The translations under genes and the position numbers were made by a program. This document shows, piece by piece, positions 54,426-62,751 of a stretch of 64,000 nucleotides of DNA (the stretch's first letter is position 1; the number at the start of each line of letters is the position of its first letter). The notes beneath the pieces are model-generated. The model was not told the origin of the DNA, did not search any database, and was given only the letters and a program-made list of their open reading frames with translations. Source of the stretch: an uncultured bacterium (GTDB lineage Bacteria > Krumholzibacteriota > Krumholzibacteriia > Krumholzibacteriales > Krumholzibacteriaceae); assembly GCA_963846325.1 (NCBI GenBank), contig CAWJVO010000002.1, positions 851 through 64,850 on the forward strand, in the 5' to 3' direction.

Positions 54426-55799
54426 TCACGCATCCACGAGTTTGGAGACGTCGACGTAGCGGCCGAGAACGAGCGCGACCTCTCTCTTGATCGCCTCGAG
54501 GAGCTCCTTCGTCGAAGCCTCGAACCGGAGCACGAGCACGGGCTGCGTGTTCGAGGCCCGAACGAGGCCCCAGCCGCCGTCGAATTTCACGCGCGCGCCG
54601 TCGACGTCGATCACATCGCGGGTCTTCCTGAAGTGATCCCGCACCGTGCGAACGACGTCGAACTTGCGCTCGTCCTCGCACGCGATCCGGATCTCGGGGG
54701 TCGTCTCGTACCGCGCGAGATCCCCGAGGAGCGAGCTCAGCGGCTCGGACTCGCGCGAGACGATCTCGAGGAGCCGGCACGCGGCGTACAGCGCGTCGTC
54801 ATAGCCGAAATAACGGTCCGCGAAGAAGACGTGCCCGCTCATCTCTCCCGCGAGCAGCGCCCCCGTTTCGCGCATCTTCTGTTTGATGAGCGAGTGCCCC
54901 GCCTTCCACATGAGCGGCTTCCCGCCGTGCTTCGCGATGTCCTCGATAAGGCTCTCGGAGCATTTCACCTCGAATATGATCGTCGCCCCGGGATGCTTCC
55001 GCAGCACGTCCCGCGCGAAGAGCGCGAGGAGGCGGTCTCCCCAGAGTATCTCGCCGCGATCGTCGATGACGCCGATCCGGTCGCTGTCGCCGTCGAACGA
55101 GACGCCCAGCTCGAGCTTGTTCGCGAGCACGGCGGCCTTCAACGCGGCGAGGTTTTCGGGAACGGTCGGATCGGGATGATGGTTGGGGAAGGCGCCGTCG
55201 GGCTCCATGAACAGCTCGAGCGGCTTCACGCCGAGCCTGGCGAAGAGGGCGGGGGTGACGAGCCCCGCGGTGCCGTTGCCGCCGTCCGCGGCGAAGGAAA
55301 CCGGTCCGGCGATCGTGACGTTCTTCGCCACGTAGTCGACGTACTCGGCGTCGGCGCTCCTGCGCACGATGCGGCCGCCTCCGGGCTCCGGGAGATCGCC
55401 GAGGCACACGTCCCTGAGCTCGAGGATGTCGGCGCCGTATATCGTCCCCTCGCCGCGCAAGACCTTGAAGCCGTTGAATTCGCTCGGATTGTGGCTCGCC
55501 GTGATCATGACCCCGCCGCGGACGCCCCACTTCTTCGCGGCGAAATAGAATACCGGAGTCGGAACGACTCCGAGGTCGATGACCGAAACGCCCCCCCGCG
55601 TCAAACCCTCGGAGAGCGCCTCGAAGAAAGAATCGCTGCTCGGGCGGACGTCCCTGCCGACCACGGCCTCCCGGATATTCTCGCGCGCGAAGGTGGCGGC
55701 CACGGCGAGACCGAGCCGCCGCACGAGCTCCTCCGTCAGATCGGCGCCGACGACGCCTCTGATATCGTACTCCCTGAAGATGTGCGCCGGGACGTTGAT
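54426..55799 (-). CDS. Phosphomannomutase/phosphoglucomutase (alpha-D-phosphohexomutase)
   Basis: Lies in the frame of ORF 54426..55724 (GTG). The active-site loop is ITASHNPSEFNGFK and the metal loop is FDGDSDR. The conserved N-terminal motif IFREYDIRGVVG lies upstream of the first canonical start. The frame is open to ATC 55797-55799, which lies 6 nt after GGGAGG. Confidence 0.85.
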   Translation of the reverse strand: MNVPAHIFREYDIRGVVGADLTEELVRRLGLAVAATFARENIREAVVGRDVRPSSDSFFEALSEGLTRGGVSVIDLGVVPTPVFYFAAKKWGVRGGVMITASHNPSEFNGFKVLRGEGTIYGADILELRDVCLGDLPEPGGGRIVRRSADAEYVDYVAKNVTIAGPVSFAADGGNGTAGLVTPALFARLGVKPLELFMEPDGAFPNHHPDPTVPENLAALKAAVLANKLELGVSFDGDSDRIGVIDDRGEILWGDRLLALFARDVLRKHPGATIIFEVKCSESLIEDIAKHGGKPLMWKAGHSLIKQKMRETGALLAGEMSGHVFFADRYFGYDDALYAACRLLEIVSRESEPLSSLLGDLARYETTPEIRIACEDERKFDVVRTVRDHFRKTRDVIDVDGARVKFDGGWGLVRASNTQPVLVLRFEASTKELLEAIKREVALVLGRYVDVSKLVDA

Positions 55800-55837
55800 A
55801 TCGGCCCTCCCGTTCGAGGAACGACAGCCCCTGTTCC

Positions 55838-56281
55838 CTATTCCTTCACGACCCAGATCTTGACCGGAACCTCGACTTCGCGATGAAGTCTGACGGACAC
55901 GGAATAGACGCCGAGCTTCTTGATCGGCTCTTCCAGAACGATCTGCTTGTGATCGATCGCGAATCCCTGGTCCGAAATCGCCTTCGCGATGTCGTGCCCC
56001 GTGACCGAACCGTAGAGCTTGTCTTCCTCCCCCGCCTGAACGACGAGCGTGCAGGAGAGCCCCTTCATCTTCTCGGCGAGGGCTTGAACGCTCTGCTTGA
56101 GCTTCACGTCACGAACGACGTGGAGACGGCTCTCTTCATCGAGCACCCGTCTCTGGCTCGGCGTCGAGATGAGCGCGAGGCCTTTCGGGAACAGGAAGTT
56201 CCTCGCGTACCCTTCCTTGACCTTGACGACGTCCCCGCGGTCCCCGAGACCCTGGATCTTCTGCTTGAGGATCACTTGCAT
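55838..56281 (-). CDS. rplI: 50S ribosomal protein L9
   Basis: 147 aa. The N-terminus MQVILKQKIQGLGDRGDVVKVKEGYARNFLFPKGLA is the canonical L9 N-terminus. Confidence 0.95.
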   Translation of the reverse strand: MQVILKQKIQGLGDRGDVVKVKEGYARNFLFPKGLALISTPSQRRVLDEESRLHVVRDVKLKQSVQALAEKMKGLSCTLVVQAGEEDKLYGSVTGHDIAKAISDQGFAIDHKQIVLEEPIKKLGVYSVSVRLHREVEVPVKIWVVKE

Positions 56282-56293
56282 ATGACTCTCCCT

Positions 56294-56572
56294 TTAGCGA
56301 AAATACTCTCTCACGTAGGGCAAAAGCGCGATGGAGCGCGCCCGCTTGATCGCCCGCGCGAGCACCCGCTGATGCCAGGCACAGGTTCCCGTGATGCGCC
56401 GCGGCGTCATCTTCCCGCGCTCGGTGATGAACCGGCTCAGGAACGACTGATCCTTGTAATCGATCGGGAGATCGTCCATGCAGAATCTGCACGGCTTCGT
56501 CGGCAGCATCCGCTTCTCTTTTTTCTTACGCTTGTCGTTCTTCCTGTCGTTTCTCTTGTCGTTCATTGCCAT
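56294..56572 (-). CDS. rpsR: 30S ribosomal protein S18
   Basis: 92 aa. It contains [59 protein letters not shown]. Confidence 0.95.
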   Translation of the reverse strand: MAMNDKRNDRKNDKRKKKEKRMLPTKPCRFCMDDLPIDYKDQSFLSRFITERGKMTPRRITGTCAWHQRVLARAIKRARSIALLPYVREYFR

Positions 56573-56578
56573 GATTCC

Positions 56579-56908
56579 TCACTTCCCCTCGGCGGGCGGT
56601 TTCGCCGCTTCGACCGGCTTCGGACGCTCTTCGACGCAGATGAGGTGGCGGACCACCATGTCGTCGAAACGGAAGACCCTGCCGAGCTCCTTCAGGATCT
56701 CGGCGTCTCCCGTGAAACGCATGAATGAATAATATCCCTCGAAAACTTTGTTGATCGGGTAGGCGAGCCTGCGCTTGCCCCACTGATCGACGCTCGCGAC
56801 CTGGCCCTTGCGAGAAGTGACGATTTCGGCGTACTTCACCGCTTTCTCTTTCACCGCTTGCTCGTCGAGGGACGGGTTCAGAATGTAAATACACTCGTAC
56901 GCCCGCAT
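56579..56908 (-). CDS. rpsF: 30S ribosomal protein S6
   Basis: Lies in the frame of ORF 56579..57217. The start is MRAYECIYILNPSLDEQ (ATG 56906-56908, GGGAGG upstream). It also contains WGKRRLAYPINK. There is no ssb between rpsF and rpsR. Confidence 0.9.
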   Translation of the reverse strand: MRAYECIYILNPSLDEQAVKEKAVKYAEIVTSRKGQVASVDQWGKRRLAYPINKVFEGYYSFMRFTGDAEILKELGRVFRFDDMVVRHLICVEERPKPVEAAKPPAEGK

Positions 56909-57020
56909 AGATGAGTTCCTCCCTTCGGACTTGAAATGGCCTTCACTGGAGGGGATACCCGCCGTGAAGGCAGGGATTAAAATACGGCTGCTCACGGATG
57001 CGCCGTAAGTGCGTGAGAAT
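56909..57020 (-). promoter_or_regulatory. Structured rpsF 5' leader (possible S6:S18 autoregulatory element) with -10-like TATATT
   Basis: The minus strand reads TTATATTCTCACGCACTTACGGCGCATCCGTGAGCAGCCG...GCCTTCACGGCGGGTATCCCCTCCAGTGAAGGC...GGGAGGAACTCATCT-ATG. There are two stems: CTCACG/CGTGAG (6 bp) and GCCTTCAC/GTGAAGGC (8 bp). The function is inferred, not demonstrated. Confidence 0.3.
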
Positions 57021-57042
57021 ATAACATGAAACGGTCGAACGG

Positions 57043-57639
57043 TCAAGGAGAGCCTGAGCCCCGTTCCGCCGCTCCTCCCGTCGCGTTGTACCGCCGCATC
57101 GCGGCGTCGACGCTCTGGCGGACGGCCGTCTCGATGGCGTCCGCCGCGTTCTCGATCATGCCGTTCACCGCGTCGAGCTCCTCCGAAAGGAAGTCGGACA
57201 GAACGAACTCCACCCAATCGATCCCCGGGGGAGCGGCGCCGACGCCGAGACGGAGTCGCGGAAAATCAGAGGTGCCGAGACGCTCGATGACGGAATCGAG
57301 CCCCTTGTGCCCCCCGCTCCCCCCGCGCGGACGGATCCTGAGCGCGCCGAGGGGAATGTTCAGGTCGTCGCATACGACGAGGAGCTCGTCCTTCGCCGCG
57401 CCTCCCAGCTTCGCGAGCGCCGCGCCCGAATCGTTCATCCAGGTGAGAGGTTTGACGAGGGTGACCGCGCGCCCGGCGACGCGCCAGAGCGCGACCTGCG
57501 CGGGGCCCGCCGCGCGCCGCCAGGATAAAGAATGGCGCTCCGATAGGGTATCGAGCGCCATGAATCCGAGATTATGCCGGTTCGAGCGGTAACGGGGCTC
57601 GGGATTGCCGAGCCCGCAGACGATCGCGACCTCCGACAT
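57043..57639 (-). CDS. pth: Peptidyl-tRNA hydrolase
   Basis: 198 aa. Motifs are IVCGLGNPEPRYRSNRHNLGF, MNDSGAAL, DDLNIPLGALRIRPRGGSGGHKGL and RLRLGVG. Confidence 0.9.
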   Translation of the reverse strand: MSEVAIVCGLGNPEPRYRSNRHNLGFMALDTLSERHSLSWRRAAGPAQVALWRVAGRAVTLVKPLTWMNDSGAALAKLGGAAKDELLVVCDDLNIPLGALRIRPRGGSGGHKGLDSVIERLGTSDFPRLRLGVGAAPPGIDWVEFVLSDFLSEELDAVNGMIENAADAIETAVRQSVDAAMRRYNATGGAAERGSGSP

Positions 57640-57648
57640 GAAAGGGTC

Positions 57649-57786
57649 TTATTTTCCTTTCTTCTCTTTTTTCTCTTCCTTGTCCTTGCCCTTTTCCTTG
57701 CCCTTGTCTTTGCCCTTTCCCTCTTCCGCTCCCTCTTCGCCTTCCGCCCCTTCTTCTCCCTCGGCGCCCTCTTCCTCCGCCGCCAC
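57649..57786. repeat. Polypyrimidine/polypurine low-complexity tract (coding for the L25 acidic/basic tail)
   Basis: Over about 140 nt the plus strand is almost exclusively C/T (ttttcctttcttctcttttttctcttccttgtccttgcccttttccttgcccttgtctttgcc...). It has short imperfect 9-12 nt repeats. Confidence 0.5.
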
Positions 57787-58401
57787 GGCCGCCGCGGCCG
57801 GAGTGCCCGCTTCCGGAATAAGGGTCTCGAGCTTCTTCGGCGCGGAAACGTGCGCGAGCGTCACGTTCGGATCGTCCAGGATCTCGAGATCGGGATAGAG
57901 CGCGATGAGGTCGGAGACGTGGACCGAATCGCCGATCTCGAGGTGCGAAATGTCGATCGAGACCTTTTCCGGTATCTCCATCGGCTTGACGTTGAGGGTG
58001 ATCTCGCGGATGCCGTGATCGAGAACGCCGCCCTCGTCCTTGACTCCCTTCGCCGCGCCGGCGAGCTCGATGGGCACGCCGATATGGAGCTTCTCGTCGA
58101 TCGATATCCTCTGGAGATCGATGTGGAGGACGTCACCCGACACCGGATGATGCTGGATGTCGCGCACGAGCGTCAGAATCGATCCTTCGCTCGAGCCCTC
58201 GACGTTGAGGCTCAGGATCATGTGCTCGCTCGTCGCCGTGTGCAGGATGTGCCAGATTTCCTTCTGGGAAACGGCGAGGGACACGGGCTCGCGCTTGTGC
58301 CCGTACAAGATCGCGGGGATCTCCCCGGAAGCGCGGAGGCGCTTGGCGCCCTCCTTGCCGGCTCCCGTGCGCGGATGCGAATTCAGTTTCGGCTTCTCCA
58401 T
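57649..58401 (-). CDS. rplY: 50S ribosomal protein L25 / general stress protein Ctc, with Gly/Glu/Lys-rich repetitive C-terminal tail
   Basis: Lies in the frame of ORF 57649..58512. The start is MEKPKLNSHPRTGAGKEGAKRLRASGEIPAILYG (ATG 58399-58401). The tail reads EEEGAEGEEGAEGEEGAEEGKGKDKGKEKGKDKEEKKEKKGK. Confidence 0.9.
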   Translation of the reverse strand: MEKPKLNSHPRTGAGKEGAKRLRASGEIPAILYGHKREPVSLAVSQKEIWHILHTATSEHMILSLNVEGSSEGSILTLVRDIQHHPVSGDVLHIDLQRISIDEKLHIGVPIELAGAAKGVKDEGGVLDHGIREITLNVKPMEIPEKVSIDISHLEIGDSVHVSDLIALYPDLEILDDPNVTLAHVSAPKKLETLIPEAGTPAAAAVAAEEEGAEGEEGAEGEEGAEEGKGKDKGKEKGKDKEEKKEKKGK

Positions 58402-58415
58402 GATTTCCTCCAGAG

Positions 58416-59351
58416 TTACGCAAAAAGATTGCTGATCGATTCTCCCGTATGGATCCGCCGTATCGCCTCGCCGAGGAGAGGAGACACGTCGAGAACCTTG
58501 ATCTTGCTGCACGGCAGACCGTCCTTGACGGGTATCGAGTTCGTCACGACGACTTCCTCGATCGGCGATTTCTCGATCTTCTCGAACGCCTTCCCGGAAA
58601 AGACGGGGTGCGTGGCCGCGGCGATGATTTTACGAGCGCCCGCGTCCTTCAATACCTCGGCGGCCTGGGTGATCGTCCCGGCCGTACTGATGATATCATC
58701 GAGAATGACGATGTCGCTGCCGGCGACCTCGCCGATGATATTCATGACCTCGGATTTGTCGGCGGAGGTCCGCCGCTTGTCGACGATGGCGAGGTTGGCG
58801 CCGATGCGCTTCGCGAAGGCCCGGCCCATCTTGATGCCGCCGACGTCGGGCGAAACGACCGTGACGTTCCGCAATTGCATCCCCCGAATATATTCAAACA
58901 GAACCGGCGCCGCAAAAAGATTATCGACCTGGATATCGAAAAAACCCTGAATCTGCGCCGCATGGAGCTCGAGGGCGAGAACGCGATCGGCGCCCGAAAC
59001 GGTGATGAGATTCGCGACGAGCTTCGCGGAAATGGGGACCCGGGGCTGATCCTTGCGATCCTGCCGGGCGTAGCCGTAATAGGGGATGACCGCGGTCGTC
59101 CGGTGCGCCGAGGCGCGGCGGCACGCGTCGATGATGAGAAGGAGCTCGAGCAGGTTGTCCGCCGGCGCGAAGGTCGATTGAATGATGAAGATATCCCGTC
59201 CGCGAATATTGTCCTCGATACGCACCTTGAGCTCGCCGTCGGAGAAATGTCCGATTTCGACCTCGCAGAGGGGGACCTTGAGATATTCGGAGATCTTCTG
59301 TCCGAGCTCGCGATTCGCCGTGCCCGCGATCAGCTTGAGCTCATAGTTCAT
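58416..59351 (-). CDS. prs: Ribose-phosphate pyrophosphokinase
   Basis: Lies in the frame of ORF 58416..59366. The second ATG (59349-59351) lies 8 nt after GGAGG. Motifs are FSDGELKVRIEDNIRGRDIFIIQS, IPYYGYARQDRK and DDIISTAGT. Confidence 0.9.
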   Translation of the reverse strand: MNYELKLIAGTANRELGQKISEYLKVPLCEVEIGHFSDGELKVRIEDNIRGRDIFIIQSTFAPADNLLELLLIIDACRRASAHRTTAVIPYYGYARQDRKDQPRVPISAKLVANLITVSGADRVLALELHAAQIQGFFDIQVDNLFAAPVLFEYIRGMQLRNVTVVSPDVGGIKMGRAFAKRIGANLAIVDKRRTSADKSEVMNIIGEVAGSDIVILDDIISTAGTITQAAEVLKDAGARKIIAAATHPVFSGKAFEKIEKSPIEEVVVTNSIPVKDGLPCSKIKVLDVSPLLGEAIRRIHTGESISNLFA

Positions 59352-59364
59352 GCCGTATCCCTCC

Positions 59365-59396
59365 ATAAAAGTAAGGTGACCGATGAGGCCACCCTT
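59365..59396 (-). terminator. Candidate intrinsic terminator downstream of tRNA-Gln
   Basis: The minus strand reads AAGGGTGGCC-TCATC-GGTCACCTT followed by ACTTTTAT. The stem is about 9 bp including G-U pairs and the loop is 5 nt. It sits immediately upstream of the prs SD, so read-through or attenuation is possible. Confidence 0.4.
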
Positions 59397-59409
59397 CCAG
59401 CGACCATTG

Positions 59410-59483
59410 TGGTTGGGGCGGGAGGATTCGAACCTCCGATCCAGGATCCAAAGTCCCGTGTCTTGCCGCTTGACGACGCCCCA
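59410..59483 (-). tRNA. tRNA-Gln (anticodon UUG), CCA encoded
   Basis: The minus strand reads TGGGGCG TC GTCA AGCGGCAA GAC A CGGGA CTTTGGA TCCTG GATC GGAGG TTCGAAT CCTCC CGCCCCA A CCA. The 7-bp acceptor stem pairs perfectly. The T-loop is TTCGAAT, the anticodon loop is CT-TTG-GA, and there is close resemblance to bacterial tRNA-Gln. Confidence 0.9.
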
Positions 59484-59513
59484 GCCGTAATATGGAGCCT
59501 GAACGTTCCCCCG

Positions 59514-59807
59514 CTAATCCTGCGCGACTTCGACTCCCGTTTCGGTGACCGCCTTTTCCTTCTCCTGATGATAGGCGTCGATCACCTTCTGCTCCATCCA
59601 CGCGCGGGTCTCGTTGTTGATCGGATGGGCGATATCCTGAAAGGTCCCGTCGGGCCGTTTGCGGCTCGGCATGGCCACGAAAACACCCTTTGCGCCTTCG
59701 ATGATCTTCAGCCCCCTGATCACGAAGCGATTATCGAGGGTGATGCTCGCAAACGCTTTGAGCTTGTTGTCCGTTCTGAGCGAAATCCGTATCTCGGTGA
59801 TTTCCAT
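59514..59807 (-). CDS. spoVG: Septation/regulatory protein SpoVG
   Basis: 97 aa. The sequence [64 protein letters not shown] is the canonical SpoVG sequence. Confidence 0.9.
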   Translation of the reverse strand: MEITEIRISLRTDNKLKAFASITLDNRFVIRGLKIIEGAKGVFVAMPSRKRPDGTFQDIAHPINNETRAWMEQKVIDAYHQEKEKAVTETGVEVAQD

Positions 59808-59824
59808 GTTCCCCCCCTAGACGA

Positions 59825-60709
59825 TTACCTCGACCGCTCCGCGACAGATATACGGGTAGCGTGGACCACAGGCTGAACGAGTCGAGTGAAAAACCCTGCG
59901 CTTAGAAAACGCTCGCATACCTCCCTTGCTCTGCTTTCCACTTCAAAAACCGCAAAACAGGCCGAGCCGCTTCCGCTCAGGGAGCTCAAGACCGGATTCT
60001 CGTCTCTCAGGGCCGAGAGAACCTCCGAGACACCCGGAAAACGCTCTGCGACGCCTGCTTCAAAGCTATTTCGAGTTTCGAGCCTGACGGCCGGAAACCG
60101 CTGTAATCCTTCAAGTAACGCGGTAAGTGTAGCTCCGGGCGAACCCTTTGTCAATATTAAATTAAGATTCTGATAAGCCCACTTCGTAGAAACACTTACA
60201 TCCGGTTTGACGATCAGGATCCAGCCTCCGCGAAGCCCCGGCGTCCTTTCGAGAAGCTCTCCCCTGCCCCGGCCGATCGCCGGAGCGCCGAAGACGAAGA
60301 ACGGCACGTCGCTCCCGAGGGCCAGAGCGAGATTTCGAAGCTCTTCGCTCGAGAAACCGCATCGATAGAGCGCGTTGACGGCGAGCAGCGTGGCTGCCGC
60401 GTCGGAGCTTCCTCCGCCGAGCCCGGCTCCCGAGGGAATCGCCTTCGCGACCCGGATCCGCACGCCCCCCTTCGTTCCGGAGCTCTCGAGAACGAGCGCC
60501 GCGGCCCGGTGACAGAGATTATCCTCGTTCCAGGGAATCGACGGATCGTCCCCCTCGATCTCTATGCCGGCCGGCGTTTGTTCGTAGGTGAGCTCGTCCC
60601 AGAGGGACACGGGCTGGTACAGGGTCTCGATATCGTGATAGCCGTCTTCCCGACGGCGAACGACGTCGAGGTAGAGGTTGATCTTTGCGTAAGCACGAGC
60701 TTTTATCAT
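59825..60709 (-). CDS. ispE: 4-diphosphocytidyl-2-C-methyl-D-erythritol kinase
   Basis: 294 aa. It has AYAKINLYLDVVRRREDGYHDIETL and the GHMP kinase motif KAIPSGAGLGGGSSDAAATL. Confidence 0.9.
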   Translation of the reverse strand: MIKARAYAKINLYLDVVRRREDGYHDIETLYQPVSLWDELTYEQTPAGIEIEGDDPSIPWNEDNLCHRAAALVLESSGTKGGVRIRVAKAIPSGAGLGGGSSDAAATLLAVNALYRCGFSSEELRNLALALGSDVPFFVFGAPAIGRGRGELLERTPGLRGGWILIVKPDVSVSTKWAYQNLNLILTKGSPGATLTALLEGLQRFPAVRLETRNSFEAGVAERFPGVSEVLSALRDENPVLSSLSGSGSACFAVFEVESRAREVCERFLSAGFFTRLVQPVVHATRISVAERSR

Positions 60710-60748
60710 ACCCTCAGGCCGGTCGGCGGGCGAATCCGACGGGGAGCG

Positions 60749-61834
60749 TCACGAGCGCCCGCGATACTCCCGCCAGAGCTTTCCCCACTCCGTCCGGTTG
60801 AACCGCGCGATCTTCCGGCGCCCGACCGTCGGATACCAGAATAGGTCGTGATAGATGTTCGACGCCATCGGCGCCCAGAACGCGAGCGGGGAATGGAGCG
60901 CCGCCTTCTCGAGAAAACGGAGCGGTCCGAGGCGGAGCATCTGATCCCCCCAGATGACGAAACTCCGCTTCGTCTTGAAATGAAAATCGATCTCGCCGAT
61001 ATCCTCTCCCGCGATCTCGATCCTGTCGATCCGCGCCTCTCCGAGGCCGCGCTCGGTCGCCATGCGGAGATACGGGATCGACATCGGATCGAAGCCCATG
61101 ATCTTCGCCGCGACCGCGTCGATCGCGACCGAATCGGCGCTCGCGAGCACGACGTTCCCGACGAACGGATCCATCGTGCGCGGCCCGGCGCCGTTGCCGC
61201 ATACGGTGCCGTCCATGACGGCGAAGACGTTGGGATGAAGCTCCCGCTGCATGATCAGGAGATCGACAAGAACCTCGTGAATGTATTTGTGCGCGTAATG
61301 GCGGACTTCCTTGAGCAGGCCGCCGAAGGCGTTCTTGACGGCGCCCGTCGTGATCGAATGGCCGTGCGTCTTCACCGTCGGGAGATGGAGTATGTCCTTG
61401 CCCTCGAACATGGCCGGGATCTCGATTCCTTCGGGAAATATCTCGTGGAGCCTGAGAAGCGGCTCGCGGAACCGGTGCACCTTCCATTCGACCTCGGGGA
61501 GCGGCGTGAAACCGAGGCCGTATTTTTCGAGAACGGGGAGCCACAGGTTGTTGACGACGCCCTTGCGCGGGTTCGTCACCACCGTCTTGTTCTCGATGGG
61601 CAGTATCCGGTCGCTCCGGTACCCGTGGCCGAGCAGATACTTCGCGGCCCCCTCGAGCTGCCACGGCTGGCTCGAGCAGGCGGGAAAGTATTTCGTCCAC
61701 GAAAGGTTGAGCTTGAGCAGGAGCTCGCGCTCGGCCGTGAGATGCCGCGGCGCGTCGGCGAGATCCATCGCCCGCCCGATATCGTCGAGGACCGTTTCCG
61801 GCTTCGTTCGGATGACCGAGACTTTCGACGCCAT
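60749..61834 (-). CDS. DUF362 domain-containing protein
   Basis: This is the lower part of ORF 60749..62698. The start is MASKVSVIRTKPETVLDDIGRAMDL (ATG 61832-61834). Further stretches are LLKLNLSW, LPTVKTHGHSITTGAVKNAFGGL, VMDGTVCGNGAGP and ASADSVAIDAVAAKIMGFDP, typical of DUF362. Confidence 0.7.
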   Translation of the reverse strand: MASKVSVIRTKPETVLDDIGRAMDLADAPRHLTAERELLLKLNLSWTKYFPACSSQPWQLEGAAKYLLGHGYRSDRILPIENKTVVTNPRKGVVNNLWLPVLEKYGLGFTPLPEVEWKVHRFREPLLRLHEIFPEGIEIPAMFEGKDILHLPTVKTHGHSITTGAVKNAFGGLLKEVRHYAHKYIHEVLVDLLIMQRELHPNVFAVMDGTVCGNGAGPRTMDPFVGNVVLASADSVAIDAVAAKIMGFDPMSIPYLRMATERGLGEARIDRIEIAGEDIGEIDFHFKTKRSFVIWGDQMLRLGPLRFLEKAALHSPLAFWAPMASNIYHDLFWYPTVGRRKIARFNRTEWGKLWREYRGRS

Positions 61835-61851
61835 GGTGCGCTGCGCTCCGA

Positions 61852-62742
61852 TCAGAATCGCCACAGGATCCAGATGACCGTCACGGCCCAGAGGAACACC
61901 GTCGCGAGAATCGATTTCTCGGTGAGAAGAATCCCCGACGGATCCCCCCCTTCGTGCCTCCGGTAGACGATGTAAAGATACCGCATGATCCCGAACACCA
62001 CAAAGGGGATCGTGTACACGAGGTTGCTCGTGCCGAACTTCTCCACCGTGCTCGGCCACACCGTGTAGATCGAGTAGGAGACGAGCGCGGTCGTCGCCGA
62101 GAGCCCGACGAGCTGATCGAGAAGCAGCACGGAGTAATCCTTGAGCGCCGTGCGGTGCTCCTGCGCCGCCTCGAGAAACACGATCTCGTTCCGCCGCTTG
62201 CAGAAGGCGAGAAAGAGCGAGAGAAAGAGCGTGCAGATGAGGAGCCACGGGCTGATCTCGATGTCCGGCACGCTCGCCTTGAGAACGGCGACGCCGCCGA
62301 CCGCGCGAAGCAGAAAATTGAACGATATCGAGAAGACGTCGAGGATCACGACGCTCCTGAGGAAGAACGAGTACGCGAAGTTGAGCGCCGTGAAAGCGGC
62401 GGCGACGGCGAAGAATTCCCTCCCGAGGAACCAGGAGACGACGAGGAGGGCCGCGATGAGCGAGACGGCGAAGGGGAACGCCTCCGGAGGGCTCAGGAGC
62501 CCCGCGGCGATCGGCCGTTTCCTCTTCGCCGGATGCTCCATGTCCCTCCGGCGATCGGAAACGTCGTTGACGATATAGACCGCGCCCGACAGGAGACAGA
62601 AGATGACGAAACCGTAGAGGCTCCGCAGGAGCAGCGACGGTTCGAACAGGTGCATCGAGAATACGATGCCGGCGAAGAGGACGAAGTTCTTCGTCCATTG
62701 CCGGGGCCGCATCGAGACGACGAGATACCAGAGTTTCTTCAT
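61852..62742 (-). CDS. UbiA-family prenyltransferase, decaprenyl-phosphate phosphoribosyltransferase-like
   Basis: 296 aa with about 8-9 TM helices. The N-terminus reads RPRQWTKNFVLFAGIVFS. The first Asp-rich motif is YIVNDVSDRRRDMEHPAKRKRPIAAG, as in the DPPR-synthase subgroup. Confidence 0.75.
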   Translation of the reverse strand: MKKLWYLVVSMRPRQWTKNFVLFAGIVFSMHLFEPSLLLRSLYGFVIFCLLSGAVYIVNDVSDRRRDMEHPAKRKRPIAAGLLSPPEAFPFAVSLIAALLVVSWFLGREFFAVAAAFTALNFAYSFFLRSVVILDVFSISFNFLLRAVGGVAVLKASVPDIEISPWLLICTLFLSLFLAFCKRRNEIVFLEAAQEHRTALKDYSVLLLDQLVGLSATTALVSYSIYTVWPSTVEKFGTSNLVYTIPFVVFGIMRYLYIVYRRHEGGDPSGILLTEKSILATVFLWAVTVIWILWRF

Positions 62743-62751
62743 ATGGCTATC

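Noticed and set aside
57649-57786. A ~140-nt polypyrimidine tract with short repeats, considered as a possible non-coding repeat or H-DNA element.
   Set aside because: It is fully explained as the coding sequence for the Gly/Glu/Lys-rich C-terminal tail of L25/Ctc. I kept it only as a low-complexity feature.
59410-59483. Checked whether the only tRNA in the window could be tRNA-Sec, given selA.
   Set aside because: The anticodon loop reads CT-TTG-GA (UUG, Gln). The acceptor stem is a normal 7 bp and the variable arm is short, so it is a standard tRNA-Gln.
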